A stretch of 59,783 nucleotides of DNA, filler included, from Basidiobolus ranarum (lineage: Eukaryota), in the NCBI GenBank assembly GCA_040143965.1. It is 7 parts of 7 records of this genome, joined end to end, with 100 filler letters (N's around TTAATTAATTAA, not from the genome) between each part and the next. Parts side by side here need not be neighbours in the genome. Positions count along the whole stretch, not along the records: positions 17,144 to 25,604 come from JASJQH010007841.1; positions 25,705 to 34,157 come from JASJQH010007842.1; positions 34,258 to 42,706 come from JASJQH010007843.1; 4 more parts are not named here. One strand, given 5' to 3'. The notes beneath the pieces were generated by a model. The model ran no database searches and was not told the origin of the DNA. It saw only the letters and a list, made by a program, of their open reading frames with translations. The position numbers and the translations under genes are program-made. The stretch's first letter is position 1; each line of letters starts with the position of its first letter. This document shows, piece by piece, positions 25,129 to 37,628 of this stretch.

Positions 25129-25604
25129 CTATGTGAGGATAAGTTGAATATGAAGCAAGTGGAGAGATATATTATCACTAAAGAGCCGTATCAGATCTGA
25201 TAGAGATGTTGTATAACAAATTCTGGATAATATTCGGGGTCCTCTAAAGGGGGGAGGGGAGGAAGGGTAGACGTGGATAGTCCTGATACGCTAGAAACAT
25301 CATGAGCACATATAACTTGAACTGGCAATTTGGGGGGGGAGGTTAACAAAGCTATTGAGGGCATCGGAGACATATTACCAAGAACCGCGAATGCACTTGT
25401 GATGGTTGTTTATTCTAATTAGGTCAAAATACATATATCAATTATCGACATCAGGAGAATCTGATCGTTTATATTTGGTGAGCATGCCAATGAATGTATA
25501 CAAAATGGTCAAAAAGTATTAGAGACACGACAAAGCTTGTAGGATAGATATTTGCATGGTTGATCACGTCTGGCGATATTCTTCGTCGCTGGAATCATCT
25601 AGCC

Positions 25605-25704
25605 NNNNNNNNNNNNNNNNNNNNNNNNNNNNNNNNNNNNNNNNNNNNTTAATTAATTAANNNNNNNNNNNNNNNNNNNNNNNNNNNNNNNNNNNNNNNN
25701 NNNN
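25605..25704. other. Artificial contig linker
   Basis: N-TTAATTAATTAA-N, 100 nt. Confidence 0.98.
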
Positions 25705-27898
25705 CTTACATTAGTGAACTGACCACCCTCAATAGTGGGAAATTGTGAGCCATTTTGGGATGTTGTGCTCCTGATGGTTTGAAGAAGTTGAGATTGCTCT
25801 AGCGTGATCCAGGTTTGACGTGCAATTTGAGGACCATTACTACCTATAGGAGAACAGAAAGCAGCAATTGTTTCGAGGAGAGCTGCTTTGAGATCGGTTG
25901 GAACAGGACATCTTAGCAAGTTGAAGAGAGTATACATAGGCTTATACTGCTGATTCTCGTAAAGAGTGGTTCTGGCGACTGATGAATACTTGACAATCTG
26001 GCGTAACAGGCGAAGGAAGGATTTCAAAAGGATTACTTCTTCAGGTTGGATTTGAGCTGGTAAGGTCATTCCGGAGGAGACAGTTTGAGTAGGAACAAGG
26101 TTGGTACTATAAAACTCGAGGGCGCCGAAGAGAGCGTTCCATGAGCATAAACTGGTCGTGTGATTGCTACTCTGCATGAGATTGGGGTGACGGCCGCCTC
26201 CACTATTTAGAAAATCGTATGCATACTGACTAGATTTGGGGCCAGTTGCAAGTGAAGCGAACATGTAAAATGCAGCACGGACTATCTCAGATGCCTTGGA
26301 ATCAGGAGCCCACTTTAAAATATCAAACAGTCTATCATCAGGACCTTCCCAGAACTTTAACCCAGAGTCAATACGATCTTTGTAAATACTAGAAACCAAC
26401 TCAAAGAAGGTTTGGAGATCTTTTCTTGGCGCCTGATCACCAGATCCACGAGATGTATAAGCGACGTCATCCTCACGATTCTTGAGTCTTCTTAAAACAC
26501 CAGATAAAGTGGAGATAAATGTCGTAACCATCAAGTCCAGTTGATGCAAGATATACCATTGGAAATCTTCATCTATTTCAGGAGCATCAGAAGTCCCACG
26601 AGAGTTAGCAGCGTTGATTTCACTAGTAATACTGGCAAAAGTAACTCCAGTCATAGCAGAATTTTCGGTTGATACCTGAGTAGTCTTCGTCTCATCCTTG
26701 AAACAGAGAATCTTTTCTTTCAAGAAAGTAAACGCATTCAACGAAATGGCTTCCTCAGCCATGTGTTCAATCTTATCTTCAGCAAATCCAAGTTGCTGCT
26801 CTAGACTAGGAGATTTACTAAAAACGGAGGACAAATAAAGCGACCACTGCAAGAGAATCACTCCTCTTAAGGGCTGTGAAACCCAGTCGTTCTTGTTGAC
26901 GAGGGCGTTGAACTTCTTTAGGAAGTCGGTATTGTTGGAATTGGAAGTATATCGCTGCTGCTCCACACCTAGAGCCAAAACGTGCTCAGGTGCAGAATCA
27001 ATTGAAGCCAATAAAGTAGGAACAAGATAATAAGAGATTGAGTCTGATAGATTGGCTTTATGCAAATTCTCGGCGATAGCCATAATTTCCTCAGAATCCA
27101 ACTGACGCTGATACGAAATCAGAAAGAGGATATGGGCAAGTTCTTTGCGTTCGTCAGAGAATTTCTCTACTCTCTCTTTAGTACAGTCTTCGGATAGAAT
27201 AGTAGCCTGTTGAGTGGTATTACTACCACTCATAGTACCGTGCTCTTTCAAAAGAGCAATGTTGTTTTTGAGACTTTCAATAGTTTCCAAAACCTTTCGG
27301 GGATATGTGAGGTTTGAAGGGGAGTTTTGCTTTTTGACAGTTGAAAAAATAAGTGAGGTTGTATATTCCTCAAATAGAGTACGAACTTCTAAAGCGAGTC
27401 CCTCGTCATAGGCACCTTTTATAATAAGATTAAGGCAGTTTAAAAGATAGATGCGTTCAGAATGATACAGGAGAATTGCTGTTTCCGCAGCGGGTCGATC
27501 AAACCTAGAGCGGAGTTGCATTCCAAATTGCAATAGTGTGGCAGAAAAATACTCATCCACATTCAATTCATCAGAAAGAATTATGGCCTCGTTGATAAAT
27601 TGATCGTTGACATTATGTGTGACATTATTTATCAAAGGCTTTCCTGAGGGGGTGGGTACAAGACGGTTAAATCTCAAATTTTTAAAGAAATATGCGAGTA
27701 TATCAAACCTTTTTGCAAATTGCTTCTATGTTCGGTGTTTTTGGGTAAATCATCAAGAAGATTGATAAAATTTTGCTTCGAGTGATCTAAATCAACCTTA
27801 AGGTCATGAAGATTGGCTTCATTTGGTGAAGTATATATTTCACAGATGAGATTGTGAAGATTTTCAAAGGTGTCGGGCTTCCAGTATGGCGCCGCCAT
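25705..27898 (-). CDS. NUP192: Nucleoporin Nup192/Nup205, N-terminal part, 3'-truncated
   Basis: Exons 27898-27709 and 27643-25710. F.NLL...PKN..HR..L..G, NDQFI.EAI.LSDELNVDE..SA.LL, AILLYHSER.YLL.CL and L.CPVP..LKAALL motifs. Confidence 0.88.
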
Positions 27899-28344
27899 TA
27901 TAATACCTTGAATACCAAAAAGTGGAAAAAGATAAAAGTGAGCAAAGAAAGCGGCGTACGCGAAAGTTTCCTTTACCAAATTAATTCACGTAATTTTTGT
28001 CAGATTATATCTGAATCACGTGATATATATGCTCGAATCGTAAACAAAATAAAAAACGTATCCGTTTTTTTCTTTTTTTCGTCTCGTAGATTCAAAATCA
28101 TCATTAATGTAATATAAATTTAATCAACTCAAAATAAATTAGCTAAATCCATCAACGAAGTTTAATTTCATTTTATATTTTATAAATTTATGCCACAGGT
28201 GCTATATATCATGCAAAAAGAGACTGCCTATTTAACACGAGCGTTCACATCAAAAGGTATTTTTACAAGTGAGGAACTGTAAACATCCACAAATCATATG
28301 ATAGTCACTAACAGGATAATAAATCCTCAAACTAATAATAGCAA

Positions 28345-29429
28345 CTAGCGAAATTGTTTATCATTAATCCACTCATCAAACATTTGATCTGACGCAAGTA
28401 TGGCTTGTTGTTTAAATATCTCCCGGTCCCATCGTAGAAAATGTAGGCCACAAGAGCTGAGTAGAAGTCCAGTTCCGATAACATTCCACACATGCCACCA
28501 AAACTTAAACTGTTTTACTAAAGTAGTTTCGTCATTGCCAGAAATGAGAAACCAGCGAATATATGGCTTACTAATCTGAAAGATACCCGGGCGTGGAGAA
28601 TGTAAGTAGCCAAGAATAAGAACTGGTTTGTTGGCTCGAAGTATACTTTCTTGAGTCTAGATTGAGTAAGATGTCAGTTCTCAAGTTTTGCGCACTAGAA
28701 AGGAAAGCTAAAGAGGTCTACATAGGTTTCAGTAATGGTTTTTTCAAGAATATATTCTGCTCCCTTTCCAATTACAGTTACAGCAGTGCCATCTGATAAG
28801 CGACATAGCCACGGAGTTTGTGAAATCTCGTCATAGAATTCCTTGAGAATGATAGTCAATGAATAGTAAAAAAATGGTTTCATTCAAGCAAGTACCTGCT
28901 TTAGTATACTCTTACTATTCCATATTGCTCGGCTTTTGCATTTGACCATCCGGAGGTATCTGATTTTTGTGTAAACAGAATCATGTCCTGATAATCCAGC
29001 TGTAATTGGCTTTTTAGTCTCTGCAATACCTTTAATCTAAGAAACATGTTAGTATAAATGAGCAGCATAATTTTCACTCAGAGGTACGTGTCAAAACGAA
29101 GTCTTTCGTCACCAATATACTTGTTTTTAGTTTTGTAACATTTACAATTTCTATAGTATTCAGTAAATAGATGCATTTAAAATTACAAAGTAAACGATAC
29201 TCTTATATCGCATTTAAATATTAAATCCTTCAACCTTAAAGTACCCTCCCTTGAGCCAGCCATTCTGCAGAATTTCTAATGCCTCCATTAAATCCTCCTT
29301 AGAGCCGAGGAACGGTGTTTGTTGAATGCGGATAGCTTTTCTACCATATTTTAGGTACCCATATATCAAAGAGCTCAAGCCGAATAGTCCTGAAAGCACT
29401 ACAGCGAGATCAAGGTGCCTACTCTTCAT
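28345..29429 (-). CDS. Two-TM GIDE/BAM-domain protein (MUL1/SP1-like) without RING; 4 exons, about 255 aa
   Basis: Predicted exons 29429-29235, 29036-28896, 28841-28722, 28656-28345, all phase 0. N-terminal TM, TPW..RL.DG..V.V, QESIL..NKPVLILG....G.FQI.KP...FLIS..DE..LV, then a second TM. Family assignment is by eye; the last exon is absent from the ORF track. Confidence 0.62.
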
Positions 29430-29964
29430 CTGGTAAGCCTTTATGCTAGGAAGAAATCAAAATGTTAATAGTTTCCTTCATAATTGCCATTAACCTCAAT
29501 TTCATGCACGTGGATATATTCGTTTGTTGAATTACGCATCAGTACTCAAGAATCAGCAAATATTGATTATTTTTTTGCATTCACAACCTAAGCCAAAATA
29601 CTATTTTCGGACAGTAAGAGAGATCTGTCTCATCTCATTTCTGGAGCTTAAGAACAAACCCGAAACACTCTTGGGCAGGAAAGATTAGTGACACGATCAT
29701 GACTAAGGGCAATTATTTGGAAGGGATTCTGTAACAAGCTGTACTCAACTCTTGTGTGGATTTTTATGATCTTCAATTCCTTCATTCATACCGTGTGTAT
29801 TTCTATTCACCAAAGTCTGTGTCAAGACAAACAAGCAATCCTAAATTAGTCAAGATATGGACAATAGTAATGTTTCAGTATCTGCAATGGTGTTATTCAT
29901 GAATGGATATGGTTTATTGGTTGCAAAGTTGGGTGAGTGCATGAATGGTAAATGGAGATTGGGT

Positions 29965-30510
29965 TTATTTCTCTTTCTTTTCAGCGGGCTTTCTAGTACC
30001 ATACTTAGATCTGGAAGTGGTTCGGTTAGGAACACCTTGACAATCCAAAGCACCACGGATGACGTGATACTTCACACCTGGCAAATCTGGTACTGCACCA
30101 CCACGGACTAAAACCACACTATGCTCCTGTAAGTTGTGACCCTCACCAGGAATATATGCAATAACGGTCTTGCCGCTAGTAAGTCTAACACGAGCAACCT
30201 TACGTTGGGCAGAGTTAGGCTTCTTAGGTTTGGTGGTGTATACTTTGGTACATACACCCTTACGTTGCGGGGAACTGTCTAAAGCTGGAGACTTAGACAA
30301 CTTTTTCTTATGCTTACGACAACCACGAATTACTTGGTTTAAAGTAGACATGGTCGAGACTTGAATGGGTTGCAAATGAGAATTAAAAGGTTGACGATAA
30401 CCTAATCCAACTTTAGAGGCAATGTTACTATTCAACAGTGAAGCAGATGGAGTTAACGAGCGACCAGCATGAACGGAAAGCCGGGTGAAGTTTCTGACTA
30501 GATTAAACAT
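29965..30510 (-). CDS. MRPS12: Mitochondrial ribosomal protein S12 (uS12m), nuclear-encoded
   Basis: Arg/Ser/Leu-rich presequence; [33 protein letters not shown] and [13 protein letters not shown] motifs. Confidence 0.95.
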   Translation of the reverse strand: MFNLVRNFTRLSVHAGRSLTPSASLLNSNIASKVGLGYRQPFNSHLQPIQVSTMSTLNQVIRGCRKHKKKLSKSPALDSSPQRKGVCTKVYTTKPKKPNSAQRKVARVRLTSGKTVIAYIPGEGHNLQEHSVVLVRGGAVPDLPGVKYHVIRGALDCQGVPNRTTSRSKYGTRKPAEKKEK

Positions 30511-30910
30511 GGCGGAGTTGTCGTAATTAGATGTTTCTATAGAGTTCTAACTATTGTGACCTAGACTAAACCCCTTTACGTAAAAATACTTGAAGAGCCA
30601 AATAAACTAGGGTCAACCAACTATCAAGAGTAGGCAGATATTACTCGGTGAAAATTTCTCGAGAATCTCTCAACACGCCTCATGTGCGTTCAAAAATTTT
30701 ATCTTGAAGGAACTGATTGATCTGACCAATGAAGATGCTGGTATTTAAGTAGAACTTTAAGCAGGGTTAGACAATGTTGGTTTGATTTGGCAAACATGCT
30801 CTATGTTTATTAAGAATCGGCATACTCTGGAAACAATCTTCATCTCAGTTGGTAAAAGTACAGAGACATAAACATTTAAATACTACGGGAGAAGGAATCT
30901 TAGAGACTAG

Positions 30911-31069
30911 CTAGGAAGGTGCGTCCTGAGGAATCGACAAGTTATTGTCAACAGCAGGGGTTAGTCCTTTGCTTTCATTGGGTCGATTGATGGGGATGCC
31001 AATTGCCTGGACGGAGCCAAATACCGTCACAATACAGAGGGTAGCGTAGGTACAGTTCTTAAGGAGCAT
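30911..31069 (-). CDS. Possible small secreted peptide (52 aa)
   Basis: MLLKNCTYATLCIVTVFGSVQA looks like a signal peptide with a VQA cleavage site. No recognisable family. Confidence 0.35.
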   Translation of the reverse strand: MLLKNCTYATLCIVTVFGSVQAIGIPINRPNESKGLTPAVDNNLSIPQDAPS

Positions 31070-31476
31070 TGCTGATTTTAGGTTGTCCAAAAGTTTGTTA
31101 ACTTTCATGCTTATGTATTTAGCCAAGTTCAGGTTTATGCACACAGCAAGAGATGAGCTGCCAGTCATATTAGAGCGGAAATATCTCTCAGCTGAATGAT
31201 AACCAGAAAAGTACTCATTATTCCGAGCACAAAAGAAATTGGAGCGGATGTTTAACGGTCTACTGTCATAAGTCAGTTGATATGTGCCTGCTTTTTCTAT
31301 CTAATTCATTATAGGGCTATGCAATGCAGCTCATAAGGGACAAACAAACAGAAACCAGACTCAGGATTCAATAAATTGGTATCCTCCCTTTAGAGATTAA
31401 AAAAAAATCTTATCTGGCAACTGTATATAAGTTCGTTATCTTCCTAGAACAAGTGTATTATTCCCCAATACACCTC

Positions 31477-32802
31477 ATGAGTAACCCACAACAGATAGAG
31501 AAGGGAGTGGATATAACAAACTTCGAGCACAAAGACCTTGAACAAACTAAGGTAGAAATAAAGCAAGAGACAGATACACCCGAGATAGTTGACAATAGGC
31601 CCAAAAAATCCAACCGCTTGGTTTCTTTAGATGTTTGTCGTGGATTTACCATCATTTTCATGATACTTGTCAACTATCAAATAGAGCCGTTTCCAATCCT
31701 AGAGCATCCAGAATGGTTTGGCTTCACTCTGGCTGATGTGATCTTTCCTAACTTCGTTTTCATTATGGGATTGGCAATTCCTCTAGCAATGGCTGCTAAT
31801 CGAGGCCAACTTCAAGGGGTGAAATTGTGGATAAAGGTGTTCAAACGGTTTGTATTGATTTTTTTCATCGGTTTGTGGGTAAATCTCTTTCCATTCAGTT
31901 CGCCAGATTTCCCCAGAGTATTGCGGATTCCAGGTGTACTTCAAAGACTAGCATTGTGTTATTTTGTATTGACGATACTCTACATCACCTGCTACCAAGA
32001 GAAAAATCGCTTTCAATATCTTTACTTGAGATACGGCTTTCCACTAAGTGCACTGTTATTATGGTTGGGATTAACGTATGGAGTAAATGTTCCAGGAGAG
32101 GGCTGTGGTCGAGGAGTTTTAACCCCTGAATGCTCTACACAAAGTTATTTGGATACCCATATCTTTGGTCGTAATCACACATACCAAAATATGCCATATG
32201 ATCCGGAAGGTAGCTTGTCCACGGTGACTGCTTGTATCAGCTGCTGGATAGGAATGATGATTGGTATCGACGTAGTAAAGTATCGGAACGAGTTTACTGA
32301 AAAGCAATTTCGATACAAAAGGGTGTGCCATTACAGTATGATTGGACTGATTGGAGTATTACTTGGCATCTTTATCAATACCGGTATCCCCATTGGTAAG
32401 CCACTATGGACGCCTACCTTTGTGCTGCTTGCAGGTGGCGTGTCGATACTTTTATTAGTGAGCTTCATATTTTTGATAGATATCGAGGATTTGCTTCAGT
32501 CTCCGATCAAACCTGTGGCAAAGCTTTTTGAGATGTTTGTGGTGGTTGGAAAAAACCCATTGTTTCTGTATGTGTTATCGGAGAACATCGCGAGCATATT
32601 CTCCGCTATACCAGTACACTATAGTGGACGTATGAGTACAAATGGGATGTCCAACTTGTTCAACTTGATATATAGAGTTGTATTTGCCTCTTGGCTTCCA
32701 GCTCACCTTGCTAGTCTAACATGGTCTCTGTTCTGGGCTCTCCTTGTGTATGTTCCAGTTGCCTACTTGATGGACTACAAGAAATGGTATGTAAAATTAT
32801 GA
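31477..32802 (+). CDS. Heparan-alpha-glucosaminide N-acetyltransferase (HGSNAT/NagX)-like multipass membrane protein
   Basis: RLVSLDV.RG.TI..MILVN, H..W.G.T.AD.IFP.F.FIMG, RIPGVLQR, DPEG.LS and PI.K.LWT motifs. Intronless; first ATG 31477; TATATAAG at about 31424. Confidence 0.9.
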   Translation: MSNPQQIEKGVDITNFEHKDLEQTKVEIKQETDTPEIVDNRPKKSNRLVSLDVCRGFTIIFMILVNYQIEPFPILEHPEWFGFTLADVIFPNFVFIMGLAIPLAMAANRGQLQGVKLWIKVFKRFVLIFFIGLWVNLFPFSSPDFPRVLRIPGVLQRLALCYFVLTILYITCYQEKNRFQYLYLRYGFPLSALLLWLGLTYGVNVPGEGCGRGVLTPECSTQSYLDTHIFGRNHTYQNMPYDPEGSLSTVTACISCWIGMMIGIDVVKYRNEFTEKQFRYKRVCHYSMIGLIGVLLGIFINTGIPIGKPLWTPTFVLLAGGVSILLLVSFIFLIDIEDLLQSPIKPVAKLFEMFVVVGKNPLFLYVLSENIASIFSAIPVHYSGRMSTNGMSNLFNLIYRVVFASWLPAHLASLTWSLFWALLVYVPVAYLMDYKKWYVKL

Positions 32803-33610
32803 AATGCGATGCAATAGAATTTCCATTTCCTATAATGAAAAGCCACGTGCCCTGTCCCGTAGCATTATTATTTTTTGCGTCAGACCACAAATAAATACTT
32901 TTGAAATCTAAGTAATTGGCTTGATTAAGTAGACGAATAAAAAGCCGATCATTACTGCTGTTACAATACGATTAAGTCAACTTTAATACATCTACCCTTT
33001 ATTATTACTTTTGGAAGTTATCTCTATATTGTGAACTAGTGTATCAAAGAAGAGAAATGTGCTTAGAATTATGAAGTGAACATATGCCCTCTCAATGAAC
33101 GCAGGGGAAGAGCTGATCACCGGTTTGTGCTAGAAAGTACAGGTATAGTGATCTGGATCCTTGCATTATGGTGTGAAGCGGGGTCACCTGGAACCGTCGC
33201 GCTTACATGTAACCTTGTACACAAATTGAATATCATTTCCTTAATGATTTGGAAAACAGTGAAGTAATCTAATCCAATCAAATATTCAGAAAAAAACCGG
33301 AGATGGTCATAAACATCTGTGGGAAAAGTAACAGGGAAAGTCAAGTACTAGTAACTGACCTCGATATGGAAGGTAATCTAAGCGTCGTGATACGCGGTTA
33401 TCACGCTTGGAAACAGTTTCATATAATCCATTATTCTAGCCATATTTAGGTATCCTTGTTCTGCCGTTGAGAATTGGATATTCATTAAATATTATGGTTA
33501 TATCAGGATAATATATTGATAATTTAATGCCAGAAAAGTGATATTTGATATGATAGTACCGTCTGCAAATCACATACTTCATCAATATAATGAAGCTTAT
33601 GACCTTAAGC

Positions 33611-33856
33611 CTATTGTTTTTCTCCATGTTTATACATCAGTTTTGTCAAGATATAAACAAACAAACATGAAGCCCCTAAATAGACTTTCCTTGTTCGGAT
33701 GGGTTTTGAGTTGGAAATCCATTCTTCCTTATTTGCCATGTACTGAGAAACTCCTGAATCAATGTACCATGTTCCTGAGTCTTCCTTAGCTGTTACTGAG
33801 AGGGCAGACACAGGCAAATGATTCTTATCAGTGCATACTTGACTTTCTTGTTCCAT
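33611..33856 (-). pseudogene. Ty1/copia gag-pol remnant (aspartic protease region)
   Basis: TWYIDSGVSQYMANKEEWI...KPI..RKVYLG matches the copia W.lDSGas.Hm...v.lg pattern. Short, and adjacent to LTR fragments. Confidence 0.75.
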
Positions 33857-33888
33857 TTTTGGCTAAAATCCTTTTTCTGCCATCTTTG

Positions 33889-34046
33889 TGTTAAAGTATT
33901 TGGAAGCCTGTTGGAAGCGGTTTGGAGAATTAGGAAAATAGGTGGTTTTCACTTGTTGATTTATTGAGTAGAATGTTGACATTTATAGTTTTGTCGTAAT
34001 GTGAGCAAACTAACATGTAGAATGTGTTAAGGAAGGTCCCAGGAAC
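33889..34046 (-). mobile_element. LTR fragment (same family, opposite orientation), interrupted
   Basis: Reverse complement of the 3' half of the 7864 LTR, starting TGTTAAAGTATTTGG. Confidence 0.88.
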
Positions 34047-34157
34047 TGTTGAAATTAGCATTGCCTAAACACCTATATAGTCATATATAACTTAGTAATT
34101 AGTTATCTTATAACTCACTAAGATATTATCAATTATTCTCAATCGGAATTTACTTAG
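34047..34157 (+). mobile_element. LTR 5' part nested in the previous LTR, cut by contig end
   Basis: TGTTGAAATTAGCATTGCCTAAACACCTATATAGTC is identical to the start of the 7864 LTR. Confidence 0.9.
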
Positions 34158-34257
34158 NNNNNNNNNNNNNNNNNNNNNNNNNNNNNNNNNNNNNNNNNNN
34201 NTTAATTAATTAANNNNNNNNNNNNNNNNNNNNNNNNNNNNNNNNNNNNNNNNNNNN
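34158..34257. other. Artificial contig linker
   Basis: N-TTAATTAATTAA-N, 100 nt. Confidence 0.98.
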
Positions 34258-34453
34258 TATAGATTTTTCAAAGAAGCCCCAAACTTTGCACACATGTTCC
34301 TGGGACCTTCCTTAACACATTCTACACGTTAGTTTGTTTACATCTTGACAAAACTATAAATGTCAACTGAACACTCAAAAAATCAATAAGTGAAAACCGC
34401 CAATTTCTCTAATTCTCCAAACCACTTCCAACAGGCTCCCAAATACTTTAACA
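34258..34453 (+). mobile_element. LTR 3' part at contig start
   Basis: Matches about 8005-8195; ends AAATACTTTAACA. Confidence 0.9.
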
Positions 34454-35398
34454 ATAGTTAAGTTTATAAAGAGAAGGATAAGAAATATGCTGAAGGCAAT
34501 AAACTTTACAATATTTTACTCTTGTCAAACTATCACATTAACAATTATGGTGAGAATATTAAGCAATAGTGTGACAGCATATTTCCATTACCTCTGGAAA
34601 TCATCCTTAAATAGGTTTTAGCTGCATGTAATAGTACTTGGTGCAATATTCAATATCTATTGCAATCCTTTAGAACTTGAATATTCACTCTGGTTCTCCG
34701 TTTAGCACTTTAATGAGATATCACCCTTTTGATGGCATTTCCTCGCTCTAAGCACTTATTCCTCTACACCTGGTAAAGGGAAATGTAGAGCTCTGCGGCA
34801 AAGTTGAGATGTTGGAATCAAGCACCTAACTATATATATAGCATATTCTGCAAATTCAACATTTGCCTTGACAGCACTTAAGGAGTGACGATTTTCAACT
34901 CAACACCGCAGTATGTTATCTATTCTTATTGTTTTAACCATTTGAGATGATTGCGATATGCTTCGGATATTAAAGAAATTCAATGATCTTGACAGAGTAA
35001 AGTGATCTCCGAAAACTTACAATTCCTTCCCGGAAAGTAACTTGGCGCTGTTTGCACCATGTAAGTAGAGCCCCAGCAACACTCAGTCGTTGTGGGAAAC
35101 CCAAAAACATTTGTAACTGGGATCAGTGCACCCTTGAAGGATCATTATGTAAATTTATTACATACACACACCATCACTCAATACCTTCCCAGTTTGCCGC
35201 AGTTTTTCAATACCTAGTAGTAATTCATTACGGAACACCCTTGCTTCCAATAGAGTAAGATCAAAGTGCGCATAGAATCCAATGGAATCTACGCGGTATT
35301 ATCGGTTAATCCATGATGACCATTAATACCATGGCAAATCGAAGGTAGTTGCTGCTTAAACATTGCCGCCTCAGAACTCGAGACCTAAAGCCACTAAT

Positions 35399-35749
35399 AT
35401 GTTTGATCATCTTTCCATTCATGTCAAGAACCTCGCTCAGAGTAAACAGTTTTATTTACAAGTCCTTAAGCCTCTTGGTCATAAGTTGGCGATGGAATAC
35501 CCTCAAGCTGCCTGTTTTGGGATGAACTCTCAGTTTACTATAGCTCAAGGTACCCCCTCAAACACTCATATTGCTTTTACCGCCAAATCTCGTAAAGAAG
35601 TAAACAGTTTCCACGAAGCAGCACTAAAGAATGGAGGTAAAGATAACGGAGCCCCTGGTATAAGAAGTGAATATGGCGATAATTATTACGCTGCTTTTGT
35701 TTACGATTTGGACGGCAACAATCTAGAGGCTGTCTACTACGAATCCTAG
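35399..35749 (+). CDS. VOC/glyoxalase/bleomycin-resistance family protein (116 aa)
   Basis: MFDHLSIHV..L..SK.FY...L.PLG, HIAF.A.SR..V..FH.AAL..GG.DNGAPG.R..Y...YYAAFV.D.DGNNLEAV. Intronless; ATG at 35399. Confidence 0.92.
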   Translation: MFDHLSIHVKNLAQSKQFYLQVLKPLGHKLAMEYPQAACFGMNSQFTIAQGTPSNTHIAFTAKSRKEVNSFHEAALKNGGKDNGAPGIRSEYGDNYYAAFVYDLDGNNLEAVYYES

Positions 35750-37628
35750 TTCTTTTTCAAACGATGGTCGCCTATTTGCATTCACTGAATAAACCTTTTG
35801 TTTACCCATGTTCCAGATATTTAATTTCGCCTCAACCAAATTGATTTCCTCAAAAATGTGGTAGAGATTGACTCTTGGGTGCCACAAAGACTGAAATAAG
35901 TGTGTATAACGAGCTAAACTAGAATCACTTACTTGACTAGACTAAACCGATCAAAATACTGCTGATTATGCATGGCACTGATTCCAGATACTCAACTATG
36001 GATTATGTAGTACCGTGTGGTTTATACTAGTATTCCTCAACTATGTGATAGCTCATGCAGAAACTGGTCGATAATGAATACAGCGGATTTGTAGATCATT
36101 TCGTATTGTAAAGCATGAAGATAAGTCGAATATTCTTGCAGGCTTAGTAAAAATTCAAAAACCCTTGAGATATCTAGAAAATTCCACGCGGGGCGGAATA
36201 TATCGTATGATGCGATGATGTTCGTGGTAGAGGTATAGACAAGACATGCAGGTAATAGCGACTCATGACTGTAATATAAGTGACTCTACTAGTGAGGAAT
36301 TCTCACAAAGCTACTTTAAGAAAGTGAAACCTATTCAAATTTATCTCCTAAAAGCTCATTCCTTGGTGAGCTTGCAGATGCGCTTATAGTACTCAAACAA
36401 AACTCTTAATTGTTGATTGCTTACTCTCCAATATTATAACATAGAAATACTGGCAGTTTTACTTTAGTGATATTATAGAGTGGCTCATTAGAAGGGAAAT
36501 GGCAGTTCCCTAACCTTCTATGCTGAAACATCGCCCCAGATATGCTATAAAGAAACTAGCGTTAACAGTCATCTGGAGTGTTTCTTTTCCCAATTCATTG
36601 GAGTAACGTTGCCCAGTTTCTCTGTTGCATTGGAGGAAATTTCATGACCATTGTTGTTATGATTTGTGTACCTTCTATACTACAGATCGGAAGCTGGAAC
36701 AAAGACCCCTTGGGACTTCAGTAGGATATGAATAATCACTTTCGATAAATCCACCGGATTCTTCAGAAAAGTGAGACTTAATAGGGTCTATTGCACACAT
36801 TGGGTAGAGTTGTGGTATTGGGCTGATATATTGAAATACCCTTTCCAGTCCCAATGAAAGGCCAGAAACTTTGTACCTCACCGTAGACTGTCAGTTCCAT
36901 TGGCCATAGAATTGACACCCTCCTTTCTCGAATTAGCGGAATATGTAGCGTACGAATCATCAGCTTGCAATGACTCTGTCACCAATGAAGATCACTTAAA
37001 ATCTTGAATGGTATGTGGCTGTTTGTCTTGTACTGGTTCTGTACATTAAAGATAGCTTTCAGGAATATTCCGGAATAGTCGTCATGGATTTTCACTTATC
37101 ATTTTGATTTAAACTTCATCATTAGGTAATATGAATTTGTACGTGTGGCTTAGCTTTTACAAGAAGTTGGCAGGATATACTGAACCTTCTAAATGTTTAC
37201 AAATGAAGTAAGCCAATGGTTTTCTCAGATTTCTGATAGTGTGAGCGAAATGAAACCTTCGCAAATTTAGCCCATTCTGGTAGATGCGGGAGTTATAGAA
37301 CTATGAAAGGGGACGATATCTCAATGGTGACAGCATAGGTGAGAAGCACAAAGTGTTGAGGTTAAACTTGTTTGGACTTAGCGCAAAAGACCATCTGCTG
37401 AGACCCTTATTGGTCAAGGATGGTCTAGAGCAAGCATGGCACTCTAAAGTCAGTCTTAAGAGAAACAATCAGAGAAAATATGTCCATGTTTTACGGTAAT
37501 ACAGTATATTACATTTATTTAGAGATGTCCGTTGACGTAGGGAATTAACAGTGCTGATTAAATATTATATTGTATTGAGGTGAGATATGTACAAAGAATA
37601 GGTAATGCTGCTGGATATGACCAAGAAT

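Noticed and set aside
25564-25604. Minus-strand LDDSSDEEYRQT-stop at a contig end, possibly the NUP192 C-terminus
   Set aside because: Too short to assign, and it lies across an artificial linker.
29965-30510. Bacterial-like rpsL as contamination or transfer
   Set aside because: It has a mitochondrial presequence and sits among intron-containing genes; normal nuclear MRPS12.
34047-34453. LTR halves on each side of a linker looking like one element
   Set aside because: After 34453 there is no GGAAC target duplication and no remainder of the interrupted LTR, and the contigs are size-sorted. These are different copies.
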